Assembly: GCA_965219455.1 (NCBI GenBank)
Contig: OZ244744.1
Location: 5,440,001 to 5,504,000 of the forward strand
Length of the DNA: 64,000 bases
Direction: 5' to 3'
Source of the DNA: Candidatus Latescibacterota bacterium
GTDB lineage: Bacteria > Latescibacterota > UBA2968 > GCA-2709665
Below, piece after piece: positions 18,868 to 29,826 of this stretch. Under the pieces are notes generated by a model. The model saw nothing but the letters and a program-made list of their open reading frames with translations. It was not told where the DNA came from and ran no database searches. The translations under genes were made by a program, and so were the position numbers. Within the stretch, counting starts at the first letter, position 1; the number at the start of each line of letters is the position of its first letter.

Positions 18868-19536
18868 CTATTCGAAGGGCCCATTCTGCCTGTATTTCTC
18901 CTGCAGCATGGTCAATTCGGTTTTCAGACGTCCTATTTCCCTGTTTTTGGCCGCCACGTCCTCTTTGAATGTTTCGCAGATGTTGTCGAGCATCCGGTTT
19001 TTTTCTCTCAGGCGATTCCGTTCTTCTCCGAGTCGGTTCATTTCTTTTCTGAGCCAATGCGCCGTTAAAGCTGCCTCTTCCCGGGCTTTATCCGCAGAGT
19101 GCAGGTTTTCCCGCAAACCCTCGACGTCATCCTTGTATTTTCGTGCTTCGGTCCATCCGGATGCGGACGACGCTTCGAGTTGAGCCTGACGTTCGCTCAG
19201 TGCTCGAAACTCGGCCGTGCGTTCGGCCAGAGTGCGCTCAACGGCATCCAGTTTTCCGACACGCTGTTGCAACCGGTCATAGTCATCCCGATGAAGCTGC
19301 ACCAGGGGCTCGCTTTCGAGTCGTTCCAATCTTTCTGATTCTATAATTTTTCCATATTTCTTCCTATAAATTTCCATTATATTTTCTTTGGGAATTCTCC
19401 ACGCGCCATTCCACTTCTGCGCCTTCAGAAATTCACGATCTATGTAGTTTCGGACCGTTTTCGTGGTTACTTTGAGCAAATGTGCCGCTTGATCGATGGT
19501 TAAATGCTGTAACTGGACGTCTCCGGAGTCGGACAT
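18868..19536 (-). CDS. Excisionase-type HTH (HTH_17) DNA-binding protein with long coiled coil
   Basis: LTIDQAAHLLKVTTKTVRNYI...WRIP N-terminus followed by a heptad-rich C-terminus. Confidence 0.7.
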   Translation of the reverse strand: MSDSGDVQLQHLTIDQAAHLLKVTTKTVRNYIDREFLKAQKWNGAWRIPKENIMEIYRKKYGKIIESERLERLESEPLVQLHRDDYDRLQQRVGKLDAVERTLAERTAEFRALSERQAQLEASSASGWTEARKYKDDVEGLRENLHSADKAREEAALTAHWLRKEMNRLGEERNRLREKNRMLDNICETFKEDVAAKNREIGRLKTELTMLQEKYRQNGPFE

Positions 19537-19650
19537 AATCCCTCCATTACATAATTATTCCATTTATTTTCATAAATTATTATAAGACATTTCATCCCTG
19601 AATTCAAGAGCGATTCACGGGTTGGATTCGTCCACGGAAGGAAAACGCAA

Positions 19651-20760
19651 ATGAAAAGTGCAGGTTTGAAACATACCCCACTCTCCGGACAGCATGTGGC
19701 ACTAAACGCAAAAATGGTCGAATTCGGAGGTTGGGAGATGCCGGTCCAATATTCCGGGATCGTTGCGGAACATCAAGCGGTGCGAACGGCCGCGGGGCTG
19801 TTCGACGTCAGCCACATGGGCCAGATCCAGGTCTCGGGGTCCGGAGCGAGGGATTTCTTACAATATCTGGCAGCCAACGACATCGGGAAGCTGGAAATTG
19901 GCAGATGTCAATATTCCTTTCTCCTGAACGAACGCGGCGGCACGATTGACGACATGATGGTCTACCGGATCGAAGCGGACACCTACACGCTCGTTGTCAA
20001 CGCTTCCAATGCGGAAAACGACTGGGCTCACGTGCGGTCCACGGGGATTGGCCGTAAAGGAATCCATCTGCATAACGGAAGCGGCGCCAGCGCCCTGCTG
20101 GCATTCCAGGGTCCCGCAGCCGGTAGAATCCTATCGGAACTGACGTCCGGCGACGTCGAGGCGCTTCGTTTCCACGATGTACGTCCGTTTACCGTTGCCG
20201 GTCTGCCGGTAATGCTCGCCGCATCGGGTTATACCGGCGAAAACGGCTTTGAGATGTTCGTGTCGTCGGACGAGGTGGAATTGTTGTGGCGCGCGCTCCT
20301 GGACGCGGGTGAAGACGTGGGAGCGGTACCGGTTGGTCTGGGCGCCCGGGATACCCTCCGGCTGGAGGCCTCGCTGGCCCTGTACGGACACGAACTGGAT
20401 GAGAATACGTCTCCGTTGGAGGCCAATCTCGGTTTCGCTGTGGCGAAGACCGGATCGTATATCGGTTCCGGTGCGATTCGGGAGCAGATGGCGCGCGGCG
20501 TCGACAAAAGGCTCGTGATGCTGGAAATGATCGACAGAGGCATCCCACGCCAGGGTTACGAGATTCACCGTTCCGACGGCACGACCACAGGCGTCGTCAC
20601 CAGCGGGTCGGTCTCGCCCTGGTCCGGCAAGATCATCGCCATGGGCTTTGTGAACCCGAAGCTCGCCAGGCCGGGCCAGGAACTGCTTGTGTCCGTCCGC
20701 AACCGGCGGCTTCGGGCAAAGGTGGTTCGCCGACCGTATTACCGTCGTCCAAGCACTTAG
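19651..20760 (+). CDS. gcvT: Glycine cleavage system aminomethyltransferase T
   Basis: FGGWEMPVQY, GLFDVSHMG, GYTGENGFE and GLGARDTLRLEA motifs. Confidence 0.96.
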   Translation: MKSAGLKHTPLSGQHVALNAKMVEFGGWEMPVQYSGIVAEHQAVRTAAGLFDVSHMGQIQVSGSGARDFLQYLAANDIGKLEIGRCQYSFLLNERGGTIDDMMVYRIEADTYTLVVNASNAENDWAHVRSTGIGRKGIHLHNGSGASALLAFQGPAAGRILSELTSGDVEALRFHDVRPFTVAGLPVMLAASGYTGENGFEMFVSSDEVELLWRALLDAGEDVGAVPVGLGARDTLRLEASLALYGHELDENTSPLEANLGFAVAKTGSYIGSGAIREQMARGVDKRLVMLEMIDRGIPRQGYEIHRSDGTTTGVVTSGSVSPWSGKIIAMGFVNPKLARPGQELLVSVRNRRLRAKVVRRPYYRRPST

Positions 20761-20842
20761 TGTCCTCCCCCCTACCCTGCCGATTTCGTCTCCTGACGCT
20801 AAACCACGTCGATCCGCACGAACATCTGCATCCAACTGTATT

Positions 20843-20884
20843 AAAAAAACGAACCCGGAGTCGGTGGATGACTCCGGGTTTTTG
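20843..20884. terminator. Bidirectional intrinsic terminator between convergent gcvT and leuS
   Basis: AACCCGGAGTC-GGTGGAT-GACTCCGGGTT stem flanked by A- and T-runs. Confidence 0.75.
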
Positions 20885-20887
20885 TAA

Positions 20888-23341
20888 TTACGCCACGATA
20901 TTGACGAGGCGATTGGGAACGACAATCACCTTTCTGGGTACCTTGCCCGCCAGATGGTTCCTGACATTCGGCTGCTCCAGCGCCAGTTTTTTGACGTCGT
21001 CGCCTTCCGCATCCACCTCCACCTGAAACCGGGCGCGGACCTTACCGTTGACCTGTACCGGCATCTGAATGGTTGCCGGACGCGCAAGATCCTCGTCCCA
21101 TTCGGGCCAGGCCTGTTCGTGAACGCTGTAGGTTTCGCCGATGCGTTCCCACAGTTCTTCCGATAAATGCGGCGCAAACGGCGCCATTAACAGGCACAGC
21201 GACCGGACGGCATCTTTCCATTCGGCCGATTCGGCGACCGCCGCGGTTTTTGCTTTACCGAGCCGGTTGACGAAGGTCATCAGAGCGGCAACGGCGGTGT
21301 TGAAGTCGAACGACTCCAGGTCCGCCGAGACCTTCTTGATCGCCTGGTGGGTCATCCTCTGCAGTTCCGTCGTCTCCCCTATACCCGGTGGCTCGCCCGC
21401 CGACTCCACCGGCTCCACGACAAGCGACCAGACCCGGTTCAGAAATCGGGGAACGCCCTCCATGCTCGCCGGGTTCCAGGGGCCGCCCTGGTCCCAGCGG
21501 CTGATGAACATCAGATACGCCCGAATGCTGTCAACGCCGTGCGCATCGATGAGATGGTCCGGATTCACCACGTTGCCCCGGGACTTGCTCATTTTCTCGT
21601 AATCCTCGCCCAGTATGATTCCCTGGTTGAACAACCGGACCATGGGTTCGGCTTCGTCCGTGGCGATCAGCTTCATATCCCGCATCGCCATGGTGAAAAA
21701 GCGAGTGTAGAGCAGATGCATCGTGGCGTGTTCGATACCGCCCGTATACTGATCCACCGGCAGCCAGTAGGCCCCCTCGTCCGGATCGAACGGGCCGACG
21801 CCGTATTGAGGACTGAGATACCGGTACTGATACCACGATGAACACATGAATGTATCCATCGTATCGGTTTCTCTCAGCGCATCCCCGTGACATTCCGGGC
21901 AGGTCGTATGCAGAAATCCCTCGTGATGTTTCAGCGGAGATTCGCCCGTAGGCAGAAACTCCGCATCGTCCGGCAGTGTCACGGGAAGATCCCGTTCCGG
22001 GACGGGCAACACGCCGCAGTCGGCGCAGTAGACGATCGGTATGGGGCAACCCCAATACCGTTGACGGGAAATCAGCCAGTCGTGCAACCGATAGTTTACC
22101 TTCCGCTCGCCGATTTCCCGATCTTCCAGATCTTCAGCCACCGCGTTCTTCGCGGCCTCGGATGACATTCCGCTGAACCTTCCGGAATTGACCAGCGCGC
22201 CTTCTCCCTCGTACGGACGCCGCAGGGGGCGACCATCCCAATCCGGAGGCGAAATTACCGTTGAAACGGGCAATCCGTACCGTTTCGCAAACTCGAAATC
22301 CCTTTCGTCGTGTCCGGGCACGGCCATGATCGCGCCGGTTCCGTACGTTGTCAGCACATAGTCGGCAATAAAGATCGGCACCTCGGCGTCGTTCATCGGA
22401 TTGATCGCATACGCACCCGTAAAGACACCGTCCCTTTCTTTGTCCAGCGATAATCGATCGATTTCGGATCGCCTGCCGACCCTCTCGCGGTACGACGCGA
22501 CTTCGGCCGCCCGGGCCTGAGTTGTTATGGTATCGACAAGATGGTGCTCCGGCGCCAATACGGCGAACGTAACGCCGAAAATCGTATCCGCGCGCGTGGT
22601 GAAAACCCGGAATGATTCCCCCGTTCCCTTCACGCTCATTTCAAACTCCACCCCGTCGCTGCGGCCGATCCAGTTGGTCTGCATCGTTTCGACCCGGTCG
22701 GGCCAGTCCAGGCCCGAAAAATCCAGCAGGGAATCCGCATATTTCGTTATCCGGAACAACCACTGATCCAGGTCTTTTTTGACAACCGGGGTGTCGCAGC
22801 GTTCGCAGTGGCGGTCGTCTCCCCACACCTGCTCTCTTGCAAGCGTGGTATTGCAACGGGGGCACCAGTCCACCGGGGCCTTTTTCCGATAGGCCAGCCC
22901 GTGGCGATAGAACTGCAGGAACAGCCATTGCGTCCACTTGTAATATTCGGGCTCGCACGTGACGATCTCTCTGTCCCAGTCGAACATGGCGCCCATTTTC
23001 TTCAAATGCCGCCGCATTCTTTCCACGTTGTCCATGGTCCATTTGGCCGGATGAATTCCCCTTTCGATGGCGGCATTCTCCGCCGGCAGCCCGAACGCAT
23101 CAAAACCAATCGGGAACAGGACGTTATATCCTTTCATCCGCATCCATCTGGCGCGAGCGTCGGAAGGCGCCATCGCATACCAGTGTCCGATATGCAGGTC
23201 TCCCGACGTATACGGCAACATCGTCAGCGCATAGTGCTTGGGTCTGCCTTCCTTAACGGCGCTCTTGTAAAGCCCCGTCTCCTCCCAGCGTGTGCGCCAC
23301 TTGGACTCGATCGAAGCGAAGTCATATCCACTCTCAGCCAT
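20888..23341 (-). CDS. leuS: Leucine--tRNA ligase
   Basis: HIGH (LHIGH), KMSKS, DWLISRQRYWG and GGIEHA motifs. Confidence 0.97.
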   Translation of the reverse strand: MAESGYDFASIESKWRTRWEETGLYKSAVKEGRPKHYALTMLPYTSGDLHIGHWYAMAPSDARARWMRMKGYNVLFPIGFDAFGLPAENAAIERGIHPAKWTMDNVERMRRHLKKMGAMFDWDREIVTCEPEYYKWTQWLFLQFYRHGLAYRKKAPVDWCPRCNTTLAREQVWGDDRHCERCDTPVVKKDLDQWLFRITKYADSLLDFSGLDWPDRVETMQTNWIGRSDGVEFEMSVKGTGESFRVFTTRADTIFGVTFAVLAPEHHLVDTITTQARAAEVASYRERVGRRSEIDRLSLDKERDGVFTGAYAINPMNDAEVPIFIADYVLTTYGTGAIMAVPGHDERDFEFAKRYGLPVSTVISPPDWDGRPLRRPYEGEGALVNSGRFSGMSSEAAKNAVAEDLEDREIGERKVNYRLHDWLISRQRYWGCPIPIVYCADCGVLPVPERDLPVTLPDDAEFLPTGESPLKHHEGFLHTTCPECHGDALRETDTMDTFMCSSWYQYRYLSPQYGVGPFDPDEGAYWLPVDQYTGGIEHATMHLLYTRFFTMAMRDMKLIATDEAEPMVRLFNQGIILGEDYEKMSKSRGNVVNPDHLIDAHGVDSIRAYLMFISRWDQGGPWNPASMEGVPRFLNRVWSLVVEPVESAGEPPGIGETTELQRMTHQAIKKVSADLESFDFNTAVAALMTFVNRLGKAKTAAVAESAEWKDAVRSLCLLMAPFAPHLSEELWERIGETYSVHEQAWPEWDEDLARPATIQMPVQVNGKVRARFQVEVDAEGDDVKKLALEQPNVRNHLAGKVPRKVIVVPNRLVNIVA

Positions 23342-23365
23342 CTGACGGCTCCCTCTTCTCACATT

Positions 23366-24661
23366 TTAAGGGTAAAGCCGCTGCAGCATCCGGGGAAACG
23401 GAATGGTCTCCCGTACATGCCGCAACCCGCAGATCCACGCCACGGTCCGTTCGATGCCCAGGCCGAAACCGGCGTGTGGGACCGATCCGTAGCGTCTCAG
23501 GTCCAGGTACCATTGGAAAGGGGCCTCGTCAAGTCTGTGTTCGGCGATTTTCCGCCGTAATTCCTCCAGGTTGTCCTCCCGTTGCCCGCCGCCGATGATT
23601 TCTCCGTATCCTTCGGGAGCCAGCATATCCATACACAGCGCCAGCCGTCCGTCGTCCGGATCCCCCTTCATATAAAAGGCTTTACACGCCGCCGGATACC
23701 TGTGCACCAGGACAGGACGATCGAACTGTTCGGCCAGAACGGTTTCTTCGTCGCCGCCGAAATCATCGCCCCACGCATGCGATATGCCCTTTTTATTCAC
23801 GATGTCCACCGCTTCCGTATAGGAGACTCTGGGGAACGGTTTCTTCACGCGTTCGAGCGGCTCGAGATCCCGTTCCAGTAGCTCCAATTCCTCCCTGCGG
23901 TTTTCCAGGACCTGCTGAACCACGGTACTCACGAAATCCTCCGCCAGATCCATGTCGCCATTCAGGTCCATGTAAGCCACCTCCGGCTCGACCATCCAGA
24001 ATTCGGTGAGGTGCCGTCGGGTTTTGGATTTCTCCGCTCGGAATGTCGGCCCAAAGCAGTAAACCTTTCCGAAGGCCATGGCGCTGGCTTCCAGATAGAG
24101 TTGTCCACTCTGGGTCAGGTAGGCCTGATCGTCGAAGTAGTCGGTCTGAAAGAGCGTCGTGGTGCCCTCACAGGATGAAGGCGTAAAAATCGGTGAATCC
24201 GTCAGGACGAATTCTCTTTCATCGAAATAATTCCTGCATGCCCGGATTACTTCGCTTCGCACCCGCAAAATGGCGTGCTGGCGGGAAGAACGCAGCCAGA
24301 GATGACGATGATCCATCAGAAAGGCGGTACCGTGCGCTTTTGGCGTTATGGGATAGGGTTCCGATGCCTGGACCACCTCGAAATCGGAAACCCCAACCTC
24401 AAAACCCAGGGGCGAGCGTCTGTCTTCGCGCACAACCCCCCATACGCGCAGCGACGACTCCCGGGTCAGGTTACCGGAGCGCTCAAACAGGTCTGACGAC
24501 ACCTCCCCCTTGAACACGATACATTGCACCACACCGGTTCCGTCTCTCAGTTGTAGAAAGTGCAGCTTTCCGCTGGAGCGTTTGTTGTGCAGCCAGCCCT
24601 GAAGAAGCACCTGACGCCCGTCGTACCCGGCGATCTTTGAAATCGAAATCGGTTCGGCCAT
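23366..24661 (-). CDS. asnS: Asparagine--tRNA ligase
   Basis: OB-fold, [25 protein letters not shown] and [12 protein letters not shown] motifs. Confidence 0.96.
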   Translation of the reverse strand: MAEPISISKIAGYDGRQVLLQGWLHNKRSSGKLHFLQLRDGTGVVQCIVFKGEVSSDLFERSGNLTRESSLRVWGVVREDRRSPLGFEVGVSDFEVVQASEPYPITPKAHGTAFLMDHRHLWLRSSRQHAILRVRSEVIRACRNYFDEREFVLTDSPIFTPSSCEGTTTLFQTDYFDDQAYLTQSGQLYLEASAMAFGKVYCFGPTFRAEKSKTRRHLTEFWMVEPEVAYMDLNGDMDLAEDFVSTVVQQVLENRREELELLERDLEPLERVKKPFPRVSYTEAVDIVNKKGISHAWGDDFGGDEETVLAEQFDRPVLVHRYPAACKAFYMKGDPDDGRLALCMDMLAPEGYGEIIGGGQREDNLEELRRKIAEHRLDEAPFQWYLDLRRYGSVPHAGFGLGIERTVAWICGLRHVRETIPFPRMLQRLYP

Positions 24662-24840
24662 CGTTTCCCTCTTCGGACCAGGCGGTCGTTGCGTCCCTAA
24701 CAGTCCGTTGAAAAAGTTGCTCTGCAGGCGAGACCGAGCCGAATCGGGGGATTCGGGGAGGGAGCGCAACGTTGCAAAACCAAAAAAGACGACCGGAAGT
24801 TGCCGATCGCCTTCTGCCGACCACTGGTTTTCCTGCCGGA

Positions 24841-26979
24841 TCAGCGCCGACTCGGCCTTCGTGGACCTCGAGATTGGCGGGGCGGTGGTTCGACGTACCC
24901 GGGGGGCGGTTCGAAAGTCGCCTTGCGACTGAGTCGAACCTTACCCTGGTCGTCGATCGAAACCACCTTGACGTCCACCTTATCCCCTTCGGACAGCACG
25001 TCTTCCACCTTGTTCACACGGTGGTAATCCAGCTCGGAAATGTGGCAGAGCCCCTCTTTCCCGGGGAGAATCTCGATAAAGGCGCCGAAGTCCAACGTTC
25101 GCTTGACCGTTCCATTGTATACACGGCCCACTTCCGGATCTTCCACCAGCGCCTTGATCATCTGCATGGCTTCTTCGCCGGCCGCAGCGTCGACCGAACT
25201 GACGGTAATCAACCCGTCGTCTTCCACCGCTACGGTGGCTCCCGTTTCTTCGATACGGCGAATGGTCTTTCCGCCCGGGCCGATAACCGTGCCGATCTTG
25301 GAGGGATCGATATAGACTGAGAGAATGCGCGGCGCGTAAGGAGACAACTCCGGCCTGGGGCGGGCGATCGCTTCGTTCATTTTGCCCAGAATATGGTCCA
25401 GCGCTCCCCGGGCGCGCCCGAAGGCCTCCTGCATAATCTCAAGACTGATTCCCTTGACTTTGATATCCAGCTGGATCGACGTCAATCCCTCGGCCGTCCC
25501 CGCAATCTTGAGATCCATATCGCCGAGATGGTCTTCCGCACCCAGAATATCGGTCAGCAGCGCCCAATTGGAACTGTCCTCCCCCATCACGAGCCCGACT
25601 CCCGCGCCCGCAACGGCCGTCTTGACGGGAACCCCAGCATCCATCAGTGCGAGCGATCCGCCGCACACCGTGGCCATGGACGACGAACTGTTCGATTCCA
25701 GAATTTCGGAAACCACCCGAATTGTATAGGGAAAGTGCTTTTCGTTGGGTATGGCGGGTATCAGAGCCTTTTCCGCAAGAATGCCGTGTCCAATTTCCCG
25801 CCTTCCAGGAGCCCCGATCCGGCGGGTTTCCCCGACGCTGTACGACGGAAAGTTGTAGTCCAGCATGAAACTCTTATAGGACATTCCTTCGAGATCGTCC
25901 ACCATCCGGGTATCCAGCTTGCTGCCCAGCGTGGCCACGCATAGCGCCTGGGTCTGCCCCCGTGTAAACAAAGCCGAACCGTGTGCGCGCGGCAAACTCC
26001 CGATTTCAATCTCGATCGGCCGCACTTCGTCCAGGTCCCTTCCATCGATCCGACGGCCTTCTTCCAGAATCATCCGGCGCATTTCCGCCTTGACAATCGC
26101 CCCGATTTCAGCGGCGATTTCCGCGCGCGATTCCGGATACCCCTCTTCAAGGGTCGCTTGCACATCCTCCTCGATTCCCGCAATAACACTCGCCCGGTCT
26201 TCTTTCTCAGACAACCGGTTCGCCTCTCTGATGCGTTGAGCCGCCAGTTCCCTTACGGCTTCCCCAAGCGCTTCATCGGATTCGGGTTCGACAACCACCC
26301 GCTTTGGTTTTCCGCATCGGGCCACCAGGTCTTCCTGCATTTCCACCAGCCTGGCGATGGCTTCCTGACCCGCCCGTAGCGCACCCAGTACATCGGCGTC
26401 GGGAACCTCGTGGCATTCGCCTTCAACGGAAATAATCGATTCCTTGTTACCGGAAACGATGATGTTGATATCGCTTTCTTCCAGCTGTTCATACGTTGGA
26501 TTGATCACGTACTCGCCGTTTATCCGACCCACCTTCACGGCGCCGATCGGTCCTTCAAACGGAATGTCGGAGATACAGACAGCCGCCGATGCGCCGTTCA
26601 TCGCCAGCACGGCGGGGTCATTATCTTCATCGAACGATAGTATGGTTACCAGAACCTGCGTTTCCACGTCCCGTTTCAGGAACAAAGGCCGAATCTGGTG
26701 GTCAATCAGCCTCGCGCTCAACTTTTCCGTTGTGGAAGGCGCGCCTTCACGCTTGAAAAAGTTGCCGGGAATTTTGCCGCTTGCATAGAACTTCTCTCGA
26801 TAGTCCACGGTTAACGGAAAAAAATCCAGATTGGATACTTTGGTATCCGCCACCGTTGCAACCAGTACCACGGTTTCACCATATTGCATCCATACGGCGC
26901 CGTGGGCCTGCTTCGCCACCCGCCCGTATTCGATGGACAACGTCCGTCCTTCCAGTTCCAACTCTATTTTTTCTACCAT
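24841..26979 (-). CDS. pnp: Polyribonucleotide nucleotidyltransferase
   Basis: [17 protein letters not shown] and DHLGDMD motifs, plus KH and S1 domains. Confidence 0.97.
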   Translation of the reverse strand: MVEKIELELEGRTLSIEYGRVAKQAHGAVWMQYGETVVLVATVADTKVSNLDFFPLTVDYREKFYASGKIPGNFFKREGAPSTTEKLSARLIDHQIRPLFLKRDVETQVLVTILSFDEDNDPAVLAMNGASAAVCISDIPFEGPIGAVKVGRINGEYVINPTYEQLEESDINIIVSGNKESIISVEGECHEVPDADVLGALRAGQEAIARLVEMQEDLVARCGKPKRVVVEPESDEALGEAVRELAAQRIREANRLSEKEDRASVIAGIEEDVQATLEEGYPESRAEIAAEIGAIVKAEMRRMILEEGRRIDGRDLDEVRPIEIEIGSLPRAHGSALFTRGQTQALCVATLGSKLDTRMVDDLEGMSYKSFMLDYNFPSYSVGETRRIGAPGRREIGHGILAEKALIPAIPNEKHFPYTIRVVSEILESNSSSSMATVCGGSLALMDAGVPVKTAVAGAGVGLVMGEDSSNWALLTDILGAEDHLGDMDLKIAGTAEGLTSIQLDIKVKGISLEIMQEAFGRARGALDHILGKMNEAIARPRPELSPYAPRILSVYIDPSKIGTVIGPGGKTIRRIEETGATVAVEDDGLITVSSVDAAAGEEAMQMIKALVEDPEVGRVYNGTVKRTLDFGAFIEILPGKEGLCHISELDYHRVNKVEDVLSEGDKVDVKVVSIDDQGKVRLSRKATFEPPPGYVEPPPRQSRGPRRPSRR

Positions 26980-27062
26980 CCACCCATTCTCCTCAACAAA
27001 AATGAAGTTACCTCCAGCCTTCAGCCATCAATCCGTGGGATGTTGGATTTCGCTACAGACAT

Positions 27063-27332
27063 TCAACCACGGATTCCGAGTTTACCAATTAGTGTACGAT
27101 ATCCGGTGAGATCACGCCGCTGCATATACCTCAGGAAACGCCGGCGCTGGCCAACCAGTTTGAGCAGCCCGCGGCGCGAATGGTGATCCTTCCTGTGGCG
27201 CCGCGCGTGCTCGGTCAACATTCTGATCCGCTCCGTCAACAGTGCGATCTGCACCTCGACGGATCCCGTATCCTGAGCGGCTCGACCGAAGGTCTCAACC
27301 AATTCGCCTTTCATTTCGTTTGTTAAACCCAA
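27063..27332 (-). CDS. rpsO: 30S ribosomal protein S15
   Basis: [13 protein letters not shown] and [10 protein letters not shown] motifs. TTG start after GGAGGT. Confidence 0.96.
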   Translation of the reverse strand: MGLTNEMKGELVETFGRAAQDTGSVEVQIALLTERIRMLTEHARRHRKDHHSRRGLLKLVGQRRRFLRYMQRRDLTGYRTLIGKLGIRG

Positions 27333-28279
27333 TGCCTTACCTCCATTTGATGAGCGCACTTCTCTTCCACGATTTCCCGGGCACGCTGCCCGTCTCTTTG
27401 AATTTGCGATACAAGTGCCTCCGAATTCCGAAACCTGCGCTCGTCGCGCAGGCGCCCCACCAGTTCCAGGGATATCCGGCGTCCGTAGAGATCACCGTTG
27501 AAATCCAGCAGGTGGGCCTCCAGCAGCCTGTCTTTTCCGTTAAACGTGGGACGCATACCAAGGTTCATAACGGCCGCATACGGTTCTGGAATAAATGCCC
27601 TGGCGGCGTAGACGCCATTGGGAGGCAACAGCTTCATGGACTCGTCCAATGCAAGATTGGCGGTCGGAAAACCCAACTGCCGCCCGCGACCTTCGCCCGG
27701 CGCCACACGGCCTGAAATGGGATACCCGCCTCCAAGCAACTCACGGGCTTCGTCAATTTTCCCCTTTTGGACCAGATCCCGAAGCCGGCTGCTGCTTACC
27801 GGGCGTTCCCCCACCATCACCGGTGACACAACAGAGACTTCGAAACCGAACCGATCGCCAAGCGTCCGCATGGTTTCGGGATCGCCGCCGCGGCCTTTAC
27901 CAAATCCGTGATCGTAACCCAGCACCACAACCTTCGCGCCCAGATATTCCACCAGATAGGTCGATACAAATGCTTCGGGACTCAACATCTGTACCTGCCG
28001 GGTAAACGGAATAACCGCCAACACGTCGATCCCGGCATCTCCAAGCCGCCGGCGCTTCTCGTTCATCGACGTCAGAACAACCGGCGGGTCGGCAGGATGG
28101 ATAACGGCCCGTGGATGTGGATCGAAGGTGACGGCAACGGCGGTGCCGGAACGCGCACGGGCCGCGGCGACAACGGCTTCGATAACGGCCCGGTGCCCCC
28201 GGTGGACACCGTCGAATGTGCCGACCGTGACCACCGCGTTGGCCAATTCGAGAGTCTGTACCAATGTCCGCGTCTGCAT
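27323..28279 (-). CDS. ribF: Bifunctional riboflavin kinase/FAD synthetase
   Basis: [17 protein letters not shown] and LGFPTAN motifs. Confidence 0.95.
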   Translation of the reverse strand: MQTRTLVQTLELANAVVTVGTFDGVHRGHRAVIEAVVAAARARSGTAVAVTFDPHPRAVIHPADPPVVLTSMNEKRRRLGDAGIDVLAVIPFTRQVQMLSPEAFVSTYLVEYLGAKVVVLGYDHGFGKGRGGDPETMRTLGDRFGFEVSVVSPVMVGERPVSSSRLRDLVQKGKIDEARELLGGGYPISGRVAPGEGRGRQLGFPTANLALDESMKLLPPNGVYAARAFIPEPYAAVMNLGMRPTFNGKDRLLEAHLLDFNGDLYGRRISLELVGRLRDERRFRNSEALVSQIQRDGQRAREIVEEKCAHQMEVRHWV

Positions 28280-28284
28280 CCGGT

Positions 28285-29205
28285 TCAACCTTTTGGCTGG
28301 CAAAGCACCCGCACGGGCTTCAAGATGCCGTCGTCGGCTCTCCAACGCCCGATTCCGAGCAATACCCCCTCGGGATAAAGCACCCGTACGAGCCGGCCTG
28401 ACTCGAGCGCGTTTCCGTCCTCTACATTGGCAACCACATTGCCATGAATAAAACAACCTGCCTGAGCTGCGTTCAAGTTGAGACGGGGCAGGTCGCGCAA
28501 TAACCGGTTGGGATCCATCAGGTACGGCTGCAGTTCCTCCCCCGACCCGACCGATTCGAGGCTGGGAAGGGTAACGCACTCATCGACACGAACGGGGCCG
28601 GCGGCCGTGCGCCTGAGTCCGGCCAGATACGCGCCACAACCCAGCTCCCGGCCGATATCGTCGGCCAGGGTGCGGATATAGGTACCTTTAGAACATGAGA
28701 CCGTCAGGTGTAAATCGGGAGGCCTGAAATTTTCAATATCGATTCCAAAAATGCGCACGGGGGACGGTCGTCGAGCGACTTCCGTACCCTCCCGCGCCAG
28801 GCGGTACAACCGCGTGCCACCCACCTTTCGGGCCGAAAACATCGGCGGAATCTGTTCAATTTCACCAACAAAAGAAGCCACCGCGCGACGGACAACCGCC
28901 GACTCGGTGGGTACGCGGTCGGACCTGGCCACGACTTCGCCTTCCGCGTCGAGGGTACTTGTGCGGATTCCAAGCCGGACGTGGGCGGAATACGTCTTAT
29001 CGTGGTTCGCAAAATAGGTACTGAGTCGGGTTGCCCGACCGAGGCACAACACCAGAACTCCGGTCGCGAGCGGATCCAGAGTGCCCGTATGCCCCACTTT
29101 CCGAATGTTCAGGCTTCGTCGAACGCTGTCTATCACATCGTGAGACGTCAGTCCCAGAGGCTTGTCGATCGGCAACACGCCAGTGACGTTGATCCCGGCC
29201 TCCAT
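28285..29205 (-). CDS. truB: tRNA pseudouridine(55) synthase
   Basis: GHTGTLDPLATG and CSKGTYIR motifs. Confidence 0.96.
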   Translation of the reverse strand: MEAGINVTGVLPIDKPLGLTSHDVIDSVRRSLNIRKVGHTGTLDPLATGVLVLCLGRATRLSTYFANHDKTYSAHVRLGIRTSTLDAEGEVVARSDRVPTESAVVRRAVASFVGEIEQIPPMFSARKVGGTRLYRLAREGTEVARRPSPVRIFGIDIENFRPPDLHLTVSCSKGTYIRTLADDIGRELGCGAYLAGLRRTAAGPVRVDECVTLPSLESVGSGEELQPYLMDPNRLLRDLPRLNLNAAQAGCFIHGNVVANVEDGNALESGRLVRVLYPEGVLLGIGRWRADDGILKPVRVLCQPKG

Positions 29206-29206
29206 T

Positions 29207-29542
29207 CTACGGCTTCAAGTCATCCAGCAGCCTGTCGATTCTGCTGGCGCGCTCCAGCGTCTGATCCTGCTTAAACTCCAATTCCGGCACGTGTCTCAAC
29301 CGGATCCTCCTGCCGAGTTCCTTGCGGAGAAACGGCATCGCCCGCTGGAGGGTCTTCAGGCTCGTGTCGCGAATTTGCCCATCACCCATCACGCTAACGT
29401 ATACCCGCGCGAATTTCAGATCCCGTGTCACCTGCACGTCCGTGACGGTGACGTAGCCCAGACGAGGGTCCTTTACGTGCCTGTGGATCAAGTCACTCAA
29501 CTCTTCCTGAATCTGCCGTCCTACACTTTCGGCGCGCCACAT
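29207..29542 (-). CDS. rbfA: Ribosome-binding factor A
   Basis: KDPRLGYVTVTDV and RHVPELEF motifs; position after infB. Confidence 0.95.
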   Translation of the reverse strand: MWRAESVGRQIQEELSDLIHRHVKDPRLGYVTVTDVQVTRDLKFARVYVSVMGDGQIRDTSLKTLQRAMPFLRKELGRRIRLRHVPELEFKQDQTLERASRIDRLLDDLKP

Positions 29543-29823
29543 CAGATCATTTCCAGAGAATAGTCAATGAGCTCCACACGGTGGTCCCGTTGTACCATAT
29601 CCATGACTTTGGAAAGCACGCGATTGACGTAACGGGATTCGTTCGCCACCATAGCCACGCCGACCTCCGCCTTCTGCCAGAGTTCGTTATGGCCAACCTC
29701 CGAAACAGATACGTTGTATTTCGCCCGGATCCGCTGCCGAAGACTCTCCAGAATGCGGCGTTTTCCCTTTAACGAACCACTTTCGGGCAGATATAACACC
29801 ATGCGACAAAGGCCAATTGTCAT
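29542..29823 (-). CDS. DUF503 (YlxP-like) protein
   Basis: SLKGKR and YNVSVSEV motifs; canonical position between infB and rbfA. Confidence 0.9.
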   Translation of the reverse strand: MTIGLCRMVLYLPESGSLKGKRRILESLRQRIRAKYNVSVSEVGHNELWQKAEVGVAMVANESRYVNRVLSKVMDMVQRDHRVELIDYSLEMI

Positions 29824-29826
29824 AGG

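Noticed and set aside
24690-24780. Possible MITE end (AACAGTCCGTTGAAAAAG) between pnp and asnS
   Set aside because: No matching second end or target duplication was found.
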